From Octopus vulgaris (Eukaryota), in the NCBI GenBank assembly GCA_951406725.2, contig OX597836.1:37882001-37946000 (forward strand): DNA of 64,000 nucleotides, read 5' to 3'. Both the position numbers and the translations under genes were made by a program. Under the pieces are notes generated by a model, which was given only the letters and a program-made list of their open reading frames with translations, had not been told where the DNA came from and searched no databases. Position 1 is the stretch's first letter. Every line of letters starts with the position of its first letter. This document shows, piece by piece, positions 13,621-26,303 of this stretch.

Positions 13621-14733
13621 GTTATAAACTATTTCACAAAACTATAAATAATACTTTTAGATTTTAGTTCATATATAATAATTATAAGAATAATTAAGTA
13701 AAAATACGTATCTTAAATTATAATTAACAAAAAAAATTTAAATACATACATTTTAATCAATTATCATATAAACTTCCCCATTATTTCTTAAATAAAATGT
13801 ATAAGTTAATTTTTCAAAGATATTTATGAACTAAAAAATATTTTAAATTAAAAACGTATAACTTAGCATTTATATGTCTAGATCTAATGTTTCACTTATT
13901 AAGGGAATAACGAAAGTACATATTATTATAATTAAATTCAATAGTAGAAAAAAATAAAATCTTTTCACTACTTATACTATAATATTTTACGTTACAAACT
14001 ATTTCACATAGCAACCACACTTAATGCTTTTAGATCATAGTTCACATATTATAATTATAAAAATAAGAATAATTAAATAAATGTACGTATCTAGATTATA
14101 ATTATCAAAAAATTCTAAAAATTAAAAAATTAGAAATCCATATTTTTTAAAATCAATAAGCATATGAATTGTATACTTATCTGTTCGAAGATATTTAAAA
14201 ACTAACAGCGTATTACTTAGCGTTCTTAAATTTACTTGTGAAAAAGTACATATTATTATTAAATTCAATCGTACAAAAAAATAATAACTTTTCCCTACCT
14301 GTACTATAATATTTTACGTTACAAACTATTTACAAATCAATCACACTTAATACTTTAAGATTTTAGTTCACATATGATAATTATAAAATAAGAATAATTA
14401 AATAAATGTACGTATCTAAATTATAATTAACAAATAAAGCAATTAGAAATCTATATTTTTTCAATCAATAAATATATAAATAAATGATCATACTTATCTT
14501 TCCGAAGATATTTATGAAATAAAATATAAAAAATTTCAAAACTAAAAACGTATTACTTAGTGTTTTTAAATTTTTTTTTGAAAAAAGTACTTAGTATTAT
14601 TATTAAATTCAATAGTACTAAATATAAAAACTTTACACTACCTATACTAAAATATTTTACGTTACAATCTAATTCACAAAGTAACCAAACTTAATACTTT
14701 TAGATTTTAGTTCACATATAATAATTATAATAA
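13621..14733. repeat. AT-rich diverged tandem repeat, about 3.2 units of 330-370 bp
   Basis: GTTA(C/T)AAACTATTTCAC-like anchor at 13621, 13991, 14318 and 14661 with colinear downstream blocks. Confidence 0.85.
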
Positions 14734-14739
14734 TAACAC

Positions 14740-14941
14740 TGGTGGAGATTGAAAAATGGCCTGCAACAATCTTATGTGACAAAGAAGCTTGGGTTATAAA
14801 AAACATTAAGTCAAACCCAAAGGCCTTTTTCCATTATGCCAAAGAACAGCCTCTGTACGCTGCAAGATAGGACCCCTCTTCCAAAAGGATGGATCCCTCA
14901 CAGATAGTCCAACAGGATCAGTGAGGTACTGAATGACCAGT
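14740..14941 (+). mobile_element. CR1/L2-group LINE internal fragment
   Basis: KNIKSNPKAFFHYAK...IGPL..KDGSLTDSP...SEVLNDQ, the linker preceding RT in CR1-like ORF2. Confidence 0.65.
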
Positions 14942-14944
14942 AGT

Positions 14945-15120
14945 AGCCATATTTCAAAGGTCCAGCCTTGTCATATTCTGTGTGATTGTTGAATCCCCCG
15001 AGAACTACGTTAAGTTTACCAGTGTCTGTAGAGTGCTCAGCCATTTCCACGTTAATTCCATGAGCAGGCAGTTCCGTTAACCGGATCAACTTGAACACTC
15101 GTCGTCGTAACCGACGGAGT
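14945..15120 (+). mobile_element. Dispersed SINE-like repeat segment
   Basis: CAGCCTTGTCA...GAGAACTACGTTAAG...GTGCTCAGCCA; related segments near 42290-42430, 56085-56170 and (reverse) 40800-40900. Confidence 0.55.
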
Positions 15121-15780
15121 TATAAGTAATATATGGACATACATTTGTATAAAGATGTACCAATATACTTGTATGCATACATGTGTGCGTGAGTATGTAT
15201 GTATATATGTATGTGAACTTTATATTGAGCTATATTCCATCAATAGAAACGCATTTTCACTGCGATTTGCCTTGGCTAAAATTCTCGCTTTAGGCAAAAA
15301 ACGTAAACACATCTAAGTCATTTCAGAATGCTCCCCTATCAGTCCCTATGGACTTGTAGATGCATTTCAAGCTTTTTGTGGTCTCTTAAGTGTCAGATGC
15401 CAGATATTTTATATTGGTTTCTTATAAGAAAGCTGTCTTCCAGTCAGCTTAGAATTGTCACGCTTGGTATCTTGTACTGAATAGAGCAAAAAGGCTGAGA
15501 AAGTGTCTACAACTCCACAGGGAGTGCCCTGAATAGACTTTAGTGTATTTACACCACTTTGTTAGCTCTTCACTGTCAAGAATGTCGACCCTTATTCTGC
15601 AGTCGCCGATCGATAGATGTGCAAATCTCACCAATCTGGAAGATTGTAAGATCATAGTTGAATCCCTTTCCTTCTCTCTGAACATGAAGCAAAAATTATA
15701 AAAAATACTATCATCCATTAAAGACTATGAACTTGATACAATTTCATTGACACTTAAAGTATTCAGTAAGTATTATAACT

Positions 15781-16190
15781 GTCGCAGGAGTGGCTGTGTG
15801 GTAAGTAGCTTGTTTACCAACCACATGGTTCCGGGTTCAGTCCCACTGCGTGGCACCTTGGGCAAGTGTCTTCTACTATAGCCTCGTGCCGACCAAAGCC
15901 TTGTGAGTGGATTTGGTAGACGGAAACTGAAAGAAGCCCGTCGTATATATGTATATATATATATGCGTGTGTGTGTTTGTGTGTCTGTGTTTGTCCCCCT
16001 AGCATTGCTTGACAACCGATGCTGGTGTGTTTATGTCCCCCGTTACTTAGCGGTTCGGCAAAAGAGACCGATAAAATAAGTATTGGGCTTGCAAAAAGAA
16101 TAAGTCCCGGGGTCGATTTGCTCGATTAAAGGCGGTGCTCCAGCATGGCAGGAGTCAAATGACTGAAACAAGTAAAAGAGTAAAGAGAGA
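15781..16190 (+). mobile_element. SINE family B, full length (tRNA head plus CORE-like domain, octopus OR2-like)
   Basis: A-box TGGCTGTGTGG, B-box GGTTCAGTCCC, CORE-like GGCACCTTGGGCAAGTG, internal (TA)n(TG)n, tail (GTAAAAGA)n. Confidence 0.9.
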
Positions 16191-16829
16191 GTATACCATT
16201 ACACTCCAACTTCCAGTCAATAGAAATGCTGTATTTTCTATCTATCTGTTTTAACTGTCTTTTGTACCACTATTATACAGTGCACTCTGCTCCTCTGAGA
16301 TAGCTGATCTTGGTTCAGCTTTCCTTCTGCTCAAATAATCACTCACCAAGCTCCTTCATTTTCAGAAGGTCAATCTTTTGGAATTTCCACCTTGAACATA
16401 TTGTTCCACAATTGTAAGGTAGACCTGTTTTAGATCAGCAGGTTTGTCTAATGTTTCAGATAACCCGAGGTCATGGCCAGTGATGTACGTGTGCATTTGA
16501 GGCGATGATATCTACTCACCTCCTCTCTTAAAATTGCTGGCCTTGTGCCAAAATTTAAAATTACTAAAGCGGCGACCTGGCAGAATCGTTACCGCGCCGG
16601 GAAAAATGTTTTGCAGTATTTCGTCTGTCTTTACGTTCTGAGTTCAAATTCTACCGAGTTTGACTTTACTTTTTATCTTTTCAGTCTCAATAAAATATGT
16701 TCCATTTGAGCACTGGAGTCGATGTAATCGATTAGCCAGCTGCAATGCTCTACCCCCTGAGCTTACTGGCCTTTTGCAAAAATTAGAAAACCTCTACACT
16801 CTGCTTACCATTTCAGTGAGTAGTGGAAG

Positions 16830-18100
16830 GACTAAAATCCGCTAAAATAAGAGCAGTCAGTATATTGCTATTACCTGAGAATGAGAAAGTCAGACATACC
16901 ACCAAGACCATAAAGGAGCTGCAAGAAATAGAATCTTCAGGAATCTGTAAAAGAAGCAGAAATGTACTGAAAGCACCAAGACATTGTGGGAGTTGTCTGT
17001 CAAGGATGACGATGACTTAGCAACAATAGCACTAAGAGATGTAAAAATGCCAGTGACAAGAAATTGCTCATAACGCAAAAGATCGTGATCCAGCTGAGAA
17101 AGATGGCCATATAAAAGCAGTTGGGTTTGCCCGCTGAGGTGTATGGATACGGTGGGATCAGGCATTTGACCGTTTTCTGTCCTAAAAAGAAAGTTGTCCT
17201 TCTTTTATGTACCGTCGCTGACTTCTAACCAACAATAAATAAGTTTAAAATATTGAGGAAATAAGAGGAACTGTCCTTCCAGCAGTGCGAAGCAACAGTT
17301 TGCATCCCGAACCACAATTTGACTGGATTCCTTAGGACACTCTGTGAAGGCTTATACAAGTGGAGACGTGACAAAGTTTTAACAAAAATTGTCAAATGAA
17401 CTGATCTGCAGTGGTCTGAGGCCAACAAACAATAGCTGTCACTACCTTTAGGTAGTCTCAATTTTTAAGGGAAGGTGATAAGGCCTTTAAGGAAAAGCAA
17501 ATGTAGTGAACCCGTTTTCTATTTTACATCAATCCTCAGACTTTCAGGGTAGATTTGTCTCTCTGGAAGAGGTAGCAGTAATATCGTTCAGACTAGGCAT
17601 ATTCCTGATACACAGGAGCATTAAAACATTCATTGGCGCTGAATTCATAGTGCTATGGAAAGACAAACTCGACGTTTCTCACCAGCTAAAGAGAACTAAA
17701 TACCATGACTTAGCTGATGCAGCTTTTTGTCAAAAGATGGCAAACAACCTCATTTCCTATTGAAGTCGGTTGCCGCGGCTTTTCAGCAAGATGAGTACGC
17801 TATTTCCTGCAGAAGATCGGTTTGGAACAAAAAAAGCATAAAAAAGCCACCGAAGAGATAGTAATAGCAACTGAAAGGTGGTTCTGGTTAACCGTAGACC
17901 GCAGATGGAACCCTTCTGCTGGCGAATATCAATTCAGTGTTCGCTGTTCCACTCAGGTGATGCTTTTCGGACACGGAGCAAAATACTTGTGACCCTGAGA
18001 TACAGAAGGGTTTCCAACATTGCCATTGCTTTAATCATCATCAAGAAAGCTTCTAATATCATTAGGTAGGTCCTGCAGTTTATGTATCTCTGAACTTTAT
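16830..18100 (+). mobile_element. Decayed HERO-type (RLE) non-LTR retrotransposon, 3' part
   Basis: YKWRRDKVL near 17355; EFIVLWKDKLDVSHQLKRTKYHDL and PIEVGCRGF at 17640-17785 match the HERO restriction-like endonuclease region. Confidence 0.8.
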
Positions 18101-18129
18101 TTCACCTCTGTGTGTGTGTGTGTGTGTGT

Positions 18130-18653
18130 GTACCATGACTGCCTCATCTAGTTAGATGATAGCCGTCTCAATACATCTGAAGTTATTTCTTTTTAAGTGG
18201 CAAAAGCTTTTACATCACTTTTGCCACTCACTCGGTTACCCTAGTAGGTTCCAGTGACAAGCATTATAAGATGTCTCGTACTATTTTGACTAAGTTTTAT
18301 GTCAAAATCTTTCTCCTAAAAGAGCTGCCTTCCTAACTCCTGTCAGAAATAACGGGAGGCTACTCTACACCTGAGGAAAGCTATTCAACCCATAGATGGG
18401 ACAAACACATTTCCCCAGGTATAGAGTAGCCTCCCGTTACTTTTGACAATGCTATTAGGAAGGCAGCTCTTCTAGGAGAAAGTTTCTCTGACATAAAACT
18501 TACAGTCAAAGTAGTACGATACATCTTGTAATACTTGTCAAAGGAACCTACTAGGATGACTGAGTGAGTGGCAAGAGCGGTGAAAAAGCTTTTGTCACTT
18601 AAATAGAATGACTACAGATGTAGTCATCTAACTAGATGAGGCAATCATCGTAC
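18130..18653. repeat. Large imperfect palindrome (fold-back), ~245-bp arms and ~30-bp spacer
   Basis: GTACCATGACTGCCTCATCTAGTTAGATGA ... TCATCTAACTAGATGAGGCAATCATCGTAC; internal blocks also invert; flanked by (TG)n and (CA)n. Confidence 0.9.
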
Positions 18654-18659
18654 ATACAC

Positions 18660-20551
18660 ACACATCGTGAAATAAAGAAAGGAGTTACCTGTATCGTGAT
18701 GTTTCGCACCGGGTATCAAGATGCCGACATCACGACAGCAGCTCAATGCTCTATGAACACAGTACATTCTGAGATGGATAGCTGCAACAGAGACTACGAA
18801 GACGTAGCTAGCAGGAAGGGACACAACAGGCGTTTCTAACTGCGCCTGCAAGCTGGGGTTCATCCAACAGCTGCAGGACAAAGCGATGGAGGAGCCAAAC
18901 AAATGAATCCGAGCTTTGGTGAAAGAGATGAATATTGGAGTTGCCCTTAGTGAATACCGTCGCTACCACTCGTACATAACGCGCAAGGGACAAATTCTGA
19001 CATCCAAGGCTAGGGAGAATCGCTTGAGGAAAGTAAAGATGATTTGGTTCTTCTCAGATGGAAGGAACTTCTGCCAGAACCAGTTGAACAATATGCAGAA
19101 GAATAGATGGCTTGCCTACAATCCATGTGATGCCCCACATATCATAAAATCCACGTCCCCTCAAACTGTGATGGTCTTGGAACTTCTGCCAGAACCAGTT
19201 GAACAACATACAGAAGAATAGATGGCTTGCCTACAATCCATGTGATGCCCCACATATCATAAAATCCACGTCCTCTCAAACTGTAATGGTCTTGGAACTT
19301 CTGACAGAACCAGTTGAACAACATACAGAAGAATAGATGGCTTGCCTACAATCCATGTGATGCCCCACATATCATAAAATCCACGTCCTCTCAAACTGTA
19401 ATGGTCTTGGAACTTCTGACAGAACCAGTTGAATAACATACAGAAGAATAGATGTCTTGCCTACAATCCATGTGACGCCCCACATATCATAAAATCCACG
19501 TCCCCTCAAACTGTAATGGTCTTGGAACTTCTGCCAGAACCAGTTGAATAACATACAGAAGAATAGATGTCTTGCCTACAATCCATGTGACGCCCCACAT
19601 ATCATAAAATCCACGTCCCCTCAAACTGTGATGGTCTTGGAACTTCTGCCAGAACCAGTTGAATAACATACAGAAGAATAGATGTCTTGCCTACAATCCA
19701 TGTGACGCCCCACATATCATAAAATCCACGTCCTCTCAAACTGTAATGGTCTTGAAACTTCTGCCAGAACCAGTTGAATAACATACAGAAGAATAGATGT
19801 CTTGCCTACAATCCATGTGATGCCCCAGATATCATAAAATCCACGTCCCCTCAAACTGTGATGGTCTTGGAACTTCTGCTAGAACCAGTTGCACAACATA
19901 CAGAAGAATAGATGTCTTGCCTACAATCCATGTGATGCCCCACATATCATAAAATCCACGTCCCCTCAAACTGTGATGGTCTTGGGTGTGTCTCCAGTAA
20001 GTGTAAAGTCATGCCGTACCACATTTTTGAACAGGTTCTTAGGCTCAAATCAGACGAGTGTGAAGCGGCTGGTGACTGTGGACAAACCCTGGCTGGAGAC
20101 GGTTACTGCTGGAAAGCCAGATGCGATGAATTAAAATTCAGTTCCTTACAATACCTCCTGAAAGAGTCGGAGGTGGTTGTCGGAGAATTTCTATAACTTC
20201 ACCAGCCCCAATTTCTGGCCTCATCATTCTCCCAATTGTAATCCCATGTGTGGAGTGTGGTTGAGAAAGACACTAACCGCTCTGCCTGTAACACCAAGAT
20301 CGAATTGGTGACCAAGATCAAGGAGGTGTTTGAAGATCCTTTCATGGACACAGTGAAGAATGCATGCACGAGGTTTCGGAGCCGTGTTGAGGTGGAAGCT
20401 GAGAGTGGCTACTTTGAATAAACTGTTATATTCAGTCACAATCCAATTGAAAATTTTTTATTTCTTTTTTTTTAATATATTTAATTTTTTGATGATATAT
20501 AGCATTTTTCTTTCCTTAATGCAAACTATCAAATTTAACCCGACTACCCTG
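18660..20551 (+). mobile_element. Tc1/mariner-superfamily transposase pseudogene (maT-like) with right terminus
   Basis: GQILTSKARENRL, IWFFSDG, PQTVMVLG, FTSPNFWPHHSPNCNPM; ends CCCTG|TA at 20551. Confidence 0.85.
19064..19983 (+). repeat. 8 x 115-bp tandem array inside the transposase gene
   Basis: Units start at 19064, 19179, 19294, 19409, 19524, 19639, 19754, 19869; a few SNPs between units; no spacers. Confidence 0.97.
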
Positions 20552-20585
20552 TAGGTATATATATATTATTTATTTATTTGTTTAA

Positions 20586-20729
20586 AGGTCACAATACATG
20601 TATTGAAGTGTTACAAATAGTTTCATGTGTTGAGAAAATTCTAACATATGATTTGCGCCTGAAGAATATATTAGAGTTTTCTCAACGTATGAAACTATTA
20701 GCAGCGCTTTGTTACATGTATTGTGACCT
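20586..20729 (+). ncRNA. Inverted repeat containing a hammerhead-like motif (20655-20707)
   Basis: GCGC-CTGAAGA-ATAT...GTAT-GAAAC-TATTA-GCA-GCGC; the inverted arm reads GAAAC TATTT GTA ACAC; terminal 17-bp IR AGGTCACAATACATGTA. Confidence 0.6.
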
Positions 20730-20802
20730 GTGAATAAATATTTATCTCTCACCAGATGGAGTACTTTTTTTTTGTTTAATTTTCTATCACGGAACAACAC
20801 AT

Positions 20803-20833
<31 letters not shown>

Positions 20834-21154
20834 TTGTTGTGTGTGTGTGTGTGTAGCAGTCAGAATTTCCAATTAACAGTTTCAAATTGTTTGATCATCA
20901 GGGCTTCCTGCTCATTGAATTAACGTGCAAGGCAGTCAGCGTGACACAGCTGAACCTTCTAATTGCTAGTTCAATCCATGCGACCGGCTTCTGCACAATT
21001 TTCCAACTGCACAACAATTTCACTCAAAAGTGTTCGGCTGAAGAAAGGCTGTAGTAAAGGACATTTGACGAAGGGACCACTCTGTCGCATTGACTCTGGT
21101 ACTACTTCAGGTTGCTAAGCGAAATTTTCAAACGTTCAGCGAAGTTACGTCTAC

Positions 21155-21703
21155 AAACACACATATACCCATGCACACACACCCACATGTGTGTTTGTGT
21201 GTGTATGTGTGTGTATACACACACACTTACACAGAATATATGTATGTATGTATGTATGTATATGTATGTATGTATATGTATGTATGTGTATGTATGTATA
21301 TGTATGTATGTGTGTATGTATGTATGTATGTATGTGTGTGTGTGTATGTGTGTATGTATGTGTATGTATGTGTATCCATGTATGTGTGTATGTGTATGTA
21401 TGTGTATGTATGTATGTGTATGTATGTGTGTGTGTATGTATGTGTGTGTGTATGTATGTGTATGCATGTATGTATGTGTATGCATGTATGTATGTGTATG
21501 CATGTATGTATATGTATGCATGTATGTATATGTATGCATGTATGTATATGTATGTATGTGTATGTATGTATATGTATGTGTTAATGTATGTATGTGTATG
21601 TATATGTATGTATGTGTGTATGTATGTGTGTATGTATGTGTGCATGTATGTATGTATGCATGCATGTATGTGTATGTATGTGTGTGTATTATGTGTATGT
21701 ATG

Positions 21704-21732
<29 letters not shown>
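21155..21732. repeat. Compound (TATG)n/(TG)n microsatellite
   Basis: Direct observation; explains the CVCMY and HTYIH pseudo-ORFs. Confidence 0.97.
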
Positions 21733-21735
<3 letters not shown>

Positions 21736-22447
21736 GCTGTACACTTATTTCCTACTATGTGTTTGAGTTTGAATCATATATATATATAACTTTCCGTGCA
21801 TACACACAAAATATGCGCACCTAGACACATCATACAAGCACGCATTAAAGAATAAACTTCTCACTGAAGAAGCTTTCCCAAACGTGTACGTGGTCGGGAA
21901 GTTTGAAAGAAAAATGCTAACAAAGCAGGCAAACGCAACCAAAATACTGTATATTTGAGTGTCTTGTTTTTTGTGTAATATTTTAGTTACGTGTTAATTC
22001 CTATTCCCCAATCACTTTGATAGACGTCTTGAATTTTAAATATCCCCACCCCTCTGAACACTAACTCCCAGCCTCCAAAACTTCTGGCAGCCTTACTTCA
22101 CATGAATCACTAACGCCCTTTACTCGCGATACTGGTGCTATTGGCAGCAGCGACAGCGGGGAAGGCGGTAACAGTAAAGTTAGATCACCAACCACTTTGC
22201 TAGTAAAAGTGAAATCTACCCCCACATTTGCGTCGTCATAGCATAGTGACAGCACCGGACTGTACCAGCGACTGGCGCTTCTCACTGCAACACGGACTAC
22301 TTTTTGTTCGCCAGTGCAGAGAGCCATCAACCCGACTAAGGCGACAGAGCTTAAGATTCAACACACAGGATCATTTATTCAGCACTACAGCTTACGACAA
22401 TCGTCTGCGTAGGAAAGCCGGTCAGGTAAGTTTCAATAATGACAATA

Positions 22448-22501
<54 letters not shown>

Positions 22502-22713
22502 TTGGTCTTCTGCACAAGGCTCCTCTTATCACACGTTGTGGGAGGAGACATTCGATGAAATCGATCTCAATATTAGACGGGTGCTTATCTTGCTGACAAC
22601 AAAGATGTGAAGAGGCAAAAATCGAACCTGATTGGATTCGAACTCAAAGGAGGGGACACAACTAGGTGCTACAATGCATTTGAGTGCGACGCATTAATGA
22701 CTCTTACCGCTTT

Positions 22714-22782
<69 letters not shown>

Positions 22783-23405
22783 TGTATGTATATATATGTA
22801 TGTATGTATATACATACACACACACACACTCACATATACTAATGAAATCTAAATTCTGATTATAATGTAAACCTTACGTTACCCTCCGTATAAAGCAATT
22901 TACCGATTCAGCATGTACATAATAAACAATTTCTGATGCAAATGAAATCTGTTCACATACCCAAACAAAAACATATGAAGCCAGTTTTTATAATTCATGT
23001 TTGTGTGTATATGTATAGATATTCTTTTATGTAATTCAGCCGTTCGGCTGCGGTCATGCTGGAGTACCACCGTGACTTATACCCTTTCCACGGCCCTCTT
23101 ATGTGGTATATTCTGCGTGGTCGTGCCGTGACCGGGGGACACACACACGCACACACACATATATACATACGTACCACTACATGTCAAATGCGATTGGTAA
23201 ATAGTTATAAAAAGAGTCTTAATGGATTAAACATTTAAAAAAATAAACGATGTAAACACTACGGGAATAGAAGAATGGTGACTAAATTTCTTACTCTCTG
23301 TCCTAATGTGTGTGCGTGAGCGTGTGAATATAGTTCTTAGTGTTATCGAAATATATATATAATATTATACTATGTAATATAAATTTGTGTATATAAAATA
23401 TGCAT

Positions 23406-23439
<34 letters not shown>

Positions 23440-23646
23440 TATGCATACATATGTGTTTGTTTGTGTGTGTATTATGACAGTTTGTTATTGTTTATTTAAT
23501 CAGTTCATTTAATAAGTAGATTAAATAAATTGCAATCATAATGATATGGTGTGTCCCGCACACTCTTTAGGACACCTGTTAGATAAGTTTTGAAGCAAGA
23601 TATACATAGATAGATAGATAGATGCAAATAAATATTACATAGATGC

Positions 23647-23699
<53 letters not shown>

Positions 23700-23701
<2 letters not shown>

Positions 23702-24075
23702 CTTTTAATTGTTTGCCATTTGACTGCAGCCATGCTAGAGCACCGCCTTTAGTCAAAAAAAATCGACCCCAGGATATATTCTTTCAATGCTTAGTACTTA
23801 TTTTATCGGTCTTTTGCCGAACTGCGTAAACACACCAATAGTGGTTGTCAAGCGATGATGGCGGGGAGGTGGGGACAAACACAGACACACAAACATATAT
23901 ATATATATATATATATATATACGACGGACTTTCAGTTTCCGTCTACCAAATCCACTCACAAGGTTTTTTCGGCCCGAGGCTATAGTAGAAGACACTTGCC
24001 GAAGGTGCCACGCAGTGGGACAGAACCCGGAACCATGTGGATGGGAAGCAAGCTTCTTACCACACAACCACACCT
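23700..24075 (-). mobile_element. SINE family B
   Basis: Reverse complement of the family B consensus. Confidence 0.88.
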
Positions 24076-24131
24076 ATATAAATATATCTATCTATATATA
24101 TATATACACACACACGTGTGTGTGCATATAT

Positions 24132-24170
<39 letters not shown>

Positions 24171-24742
24171 CATACACGCACACAAACAAACAAACATACA
24201 CAAACTTACGACAGCAGTCCTCGACGGGTGTGTGTGTCAGTGAACAAACCATTTAACTCCGCCCACAAATATATCAGCGTGTCTAAGAAATATTTTTTAT
24301 ATAAATTGGAGGGTGTGTATCTACACATGATATATATATACCGTGTATGCATGCATGCATGTATGTATGTAGTGTACGTCTTTATGATTGCGTAAGAGAT
24401 TTGTTAGTTTGTTGTTTTTTGACGTCTACAGAAGACAACGAAATTTTTATACGATTGTGATGTTCATGCTTTCTCTATGACTTTAGCGTAGACGAGAGAA
24501 TTTATCCTCAACTGACAAACGTATGCCAGGAGCTTACTGGTAATCGTCACTGTACAGCTAGTTTTATTTACTTTACTTTATAGTACCCTTCCACTTCAAT
24601 ACGTGGAGTTTAGTACCCCGCTCTTTAATATCTCTTAACAGTATTTTCCAGTCTGAAACCAGGGGTTTGTTTAACTCTTGCTTTACTGTACTCCGCACTT
24701 TTATCATCTGGAGTTTATCTTTCGCTTTACGGTTTCCTCTGC

Positions 24743-24778
<36 letters not shown>

Positions 24779-26050
24779 CGTCCTTTCCACTATAAGCACA
24801 AGGCTTAAAATTTGCAAGGAAGGAAATAGTCTATTACGTCGACTCCAGTGCTTTGACACTTATTTTATCCACTTTGAAAGGAAGGGAGGTAAAGTTGTCC
24901 TCGGGGGAATTTGCTCTGAGAAAGAACCGGAAGAAATGCCGTTGTGCATTTTGTACGACTCACAATTAATAATTATTGTAATTTAGGCTCAACCCCGGAG
25001 GGGTGAAAGGCAAAGTCCAGCTTGGTGAGATTTGAACTCAGAATGCAAAGAGTCATAACAAATGCCGCAAGGTATTTTTCTATTGCATTAACACAATTCC
25101 GCTACATTTCTAATATAGGTACAAGGCCATAGGTAATGGGAGGGTTAGTCGATTAATTCAACTTCAGTTCTTGACTTGTTCTTTATTTTGTCAACCCCAG
25201 TAGAATGAAAAATGAAATTGACCAATGCGTGATTTGAACTCGGAACGTAAAGAGCCAGAACAAATTCTTATATGGAAATGTTACCGATACGGCATGGCAT
25301 GTAGTCCGACGCCAGGATGTTGGTGGTAATGTTCAAGTCTGATCGAGCTTACGTATCATTGAAGGCATTCCAATCATGACCATCCTGTCTTTGTTGGAGT
25401 ATGTTGAACTGCATATCCGATATGTTCTTTCCATCGTCTACCATTTCTGAAACCTAGTAGACGTAAGTTTATCGGGGTTTGCTTGCTGTTTTTAACAAGG
25501 GGAGCAACCTCGTAGAGTTTCCTCGTACGTTCGTTTTTTTTCGCCTCTTGAGTAGTCATTGAGAACATAGATTATTGAAAAGGACAAGTGGTGGAAGTAG
25601 AGGCAGCAGTACAAGCAGCAGCAGCAGCATCGGGACGGCGGGATAAAGAGTAATCACAAGACTGTGTTACAGTCATGAATAGCTTCCACAGCTATTCGGG
25701 AATAACAGTGGAAGCAACACATGTGTTGAGGACCAACAACCTGTGACGTGACAGGGTCCTACAATACCGAAGAAATCGGAATGTTCACAAACTATTAAAA
25801 AAAAAATATAGGGGGCGGGAATAAACAAAGAATGATCTCCTTTATACCCCACACCTAATAACGATGTTGTTCTTTTGCACAAGGTCAGCTCTATATAATC
25901 CCAATGAGTCGTTTTTGTTTGTTTTGTTTTAAGGTGATTCGGTGTATTTGAGGACGCCGGACAAAATTTTACGTTCTGAGTTCAAATTCCGCCGAGGTCG
26001 ATTTCGTCTTTCATCCTTTCAGGGATGATAAAATAAATACCAGTCGAATA

Positions 26051-26303
26051 GTTAGTTAGTTAGTTAGTTAGTTGGTTAGTTAATTTTTTGGCTCAAAAAG
26101 CAAAAAGCAAGGCCATGTAGGGGGACATGGAGTTATGTACAGGGTGGTGTTCATGTAAAGAGTTCAGGCCACTTGTGGTCAAGGGAGACTTTGAACCGAG
26201 CGGTCGTCGGCATCTTCACCATCTCGTCCGGCAGCTTATTCCACGGATCCGCAACCCGGACGGAGAAAGCCCCTCTCCTTCGATTGAGATGAAATCGTCG
26301 CAG
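26051..26303 (-). mobile_element. 5'-truncated CR1-like LINE 3' end with (TAAC)n tail, inserted in a SINE-A
   Basis: Minus strand LRRFHLNRRRGAFSVRVADPWNKLPDEMVKMPTTARFKVSLDHKWPELFT*, the FSxRVxxxWNxLP...FKxxLD CR1 C-terminus; tail repeat at 26051-26080. Confidence 0.85.

Noticed and set aside
15773-16015. Recurrent ORF RRASFSFRLPNPLTRLWSARG
   Set aside because: Antisense translation of SINE-B, repeated wherever the SINE occurs
19064-19983. CRISPR-like array
   Set aside because: Units are contiguous near-identical 115-mers with no unique spacers, derived from transposase coding sequence; no cas genes
21090-21789. Long ORFs rich in CVCMY or HTYIH
   Set aside because: Translations of microsatellites; the same applies at 12149, 36725, 42822 and 53220
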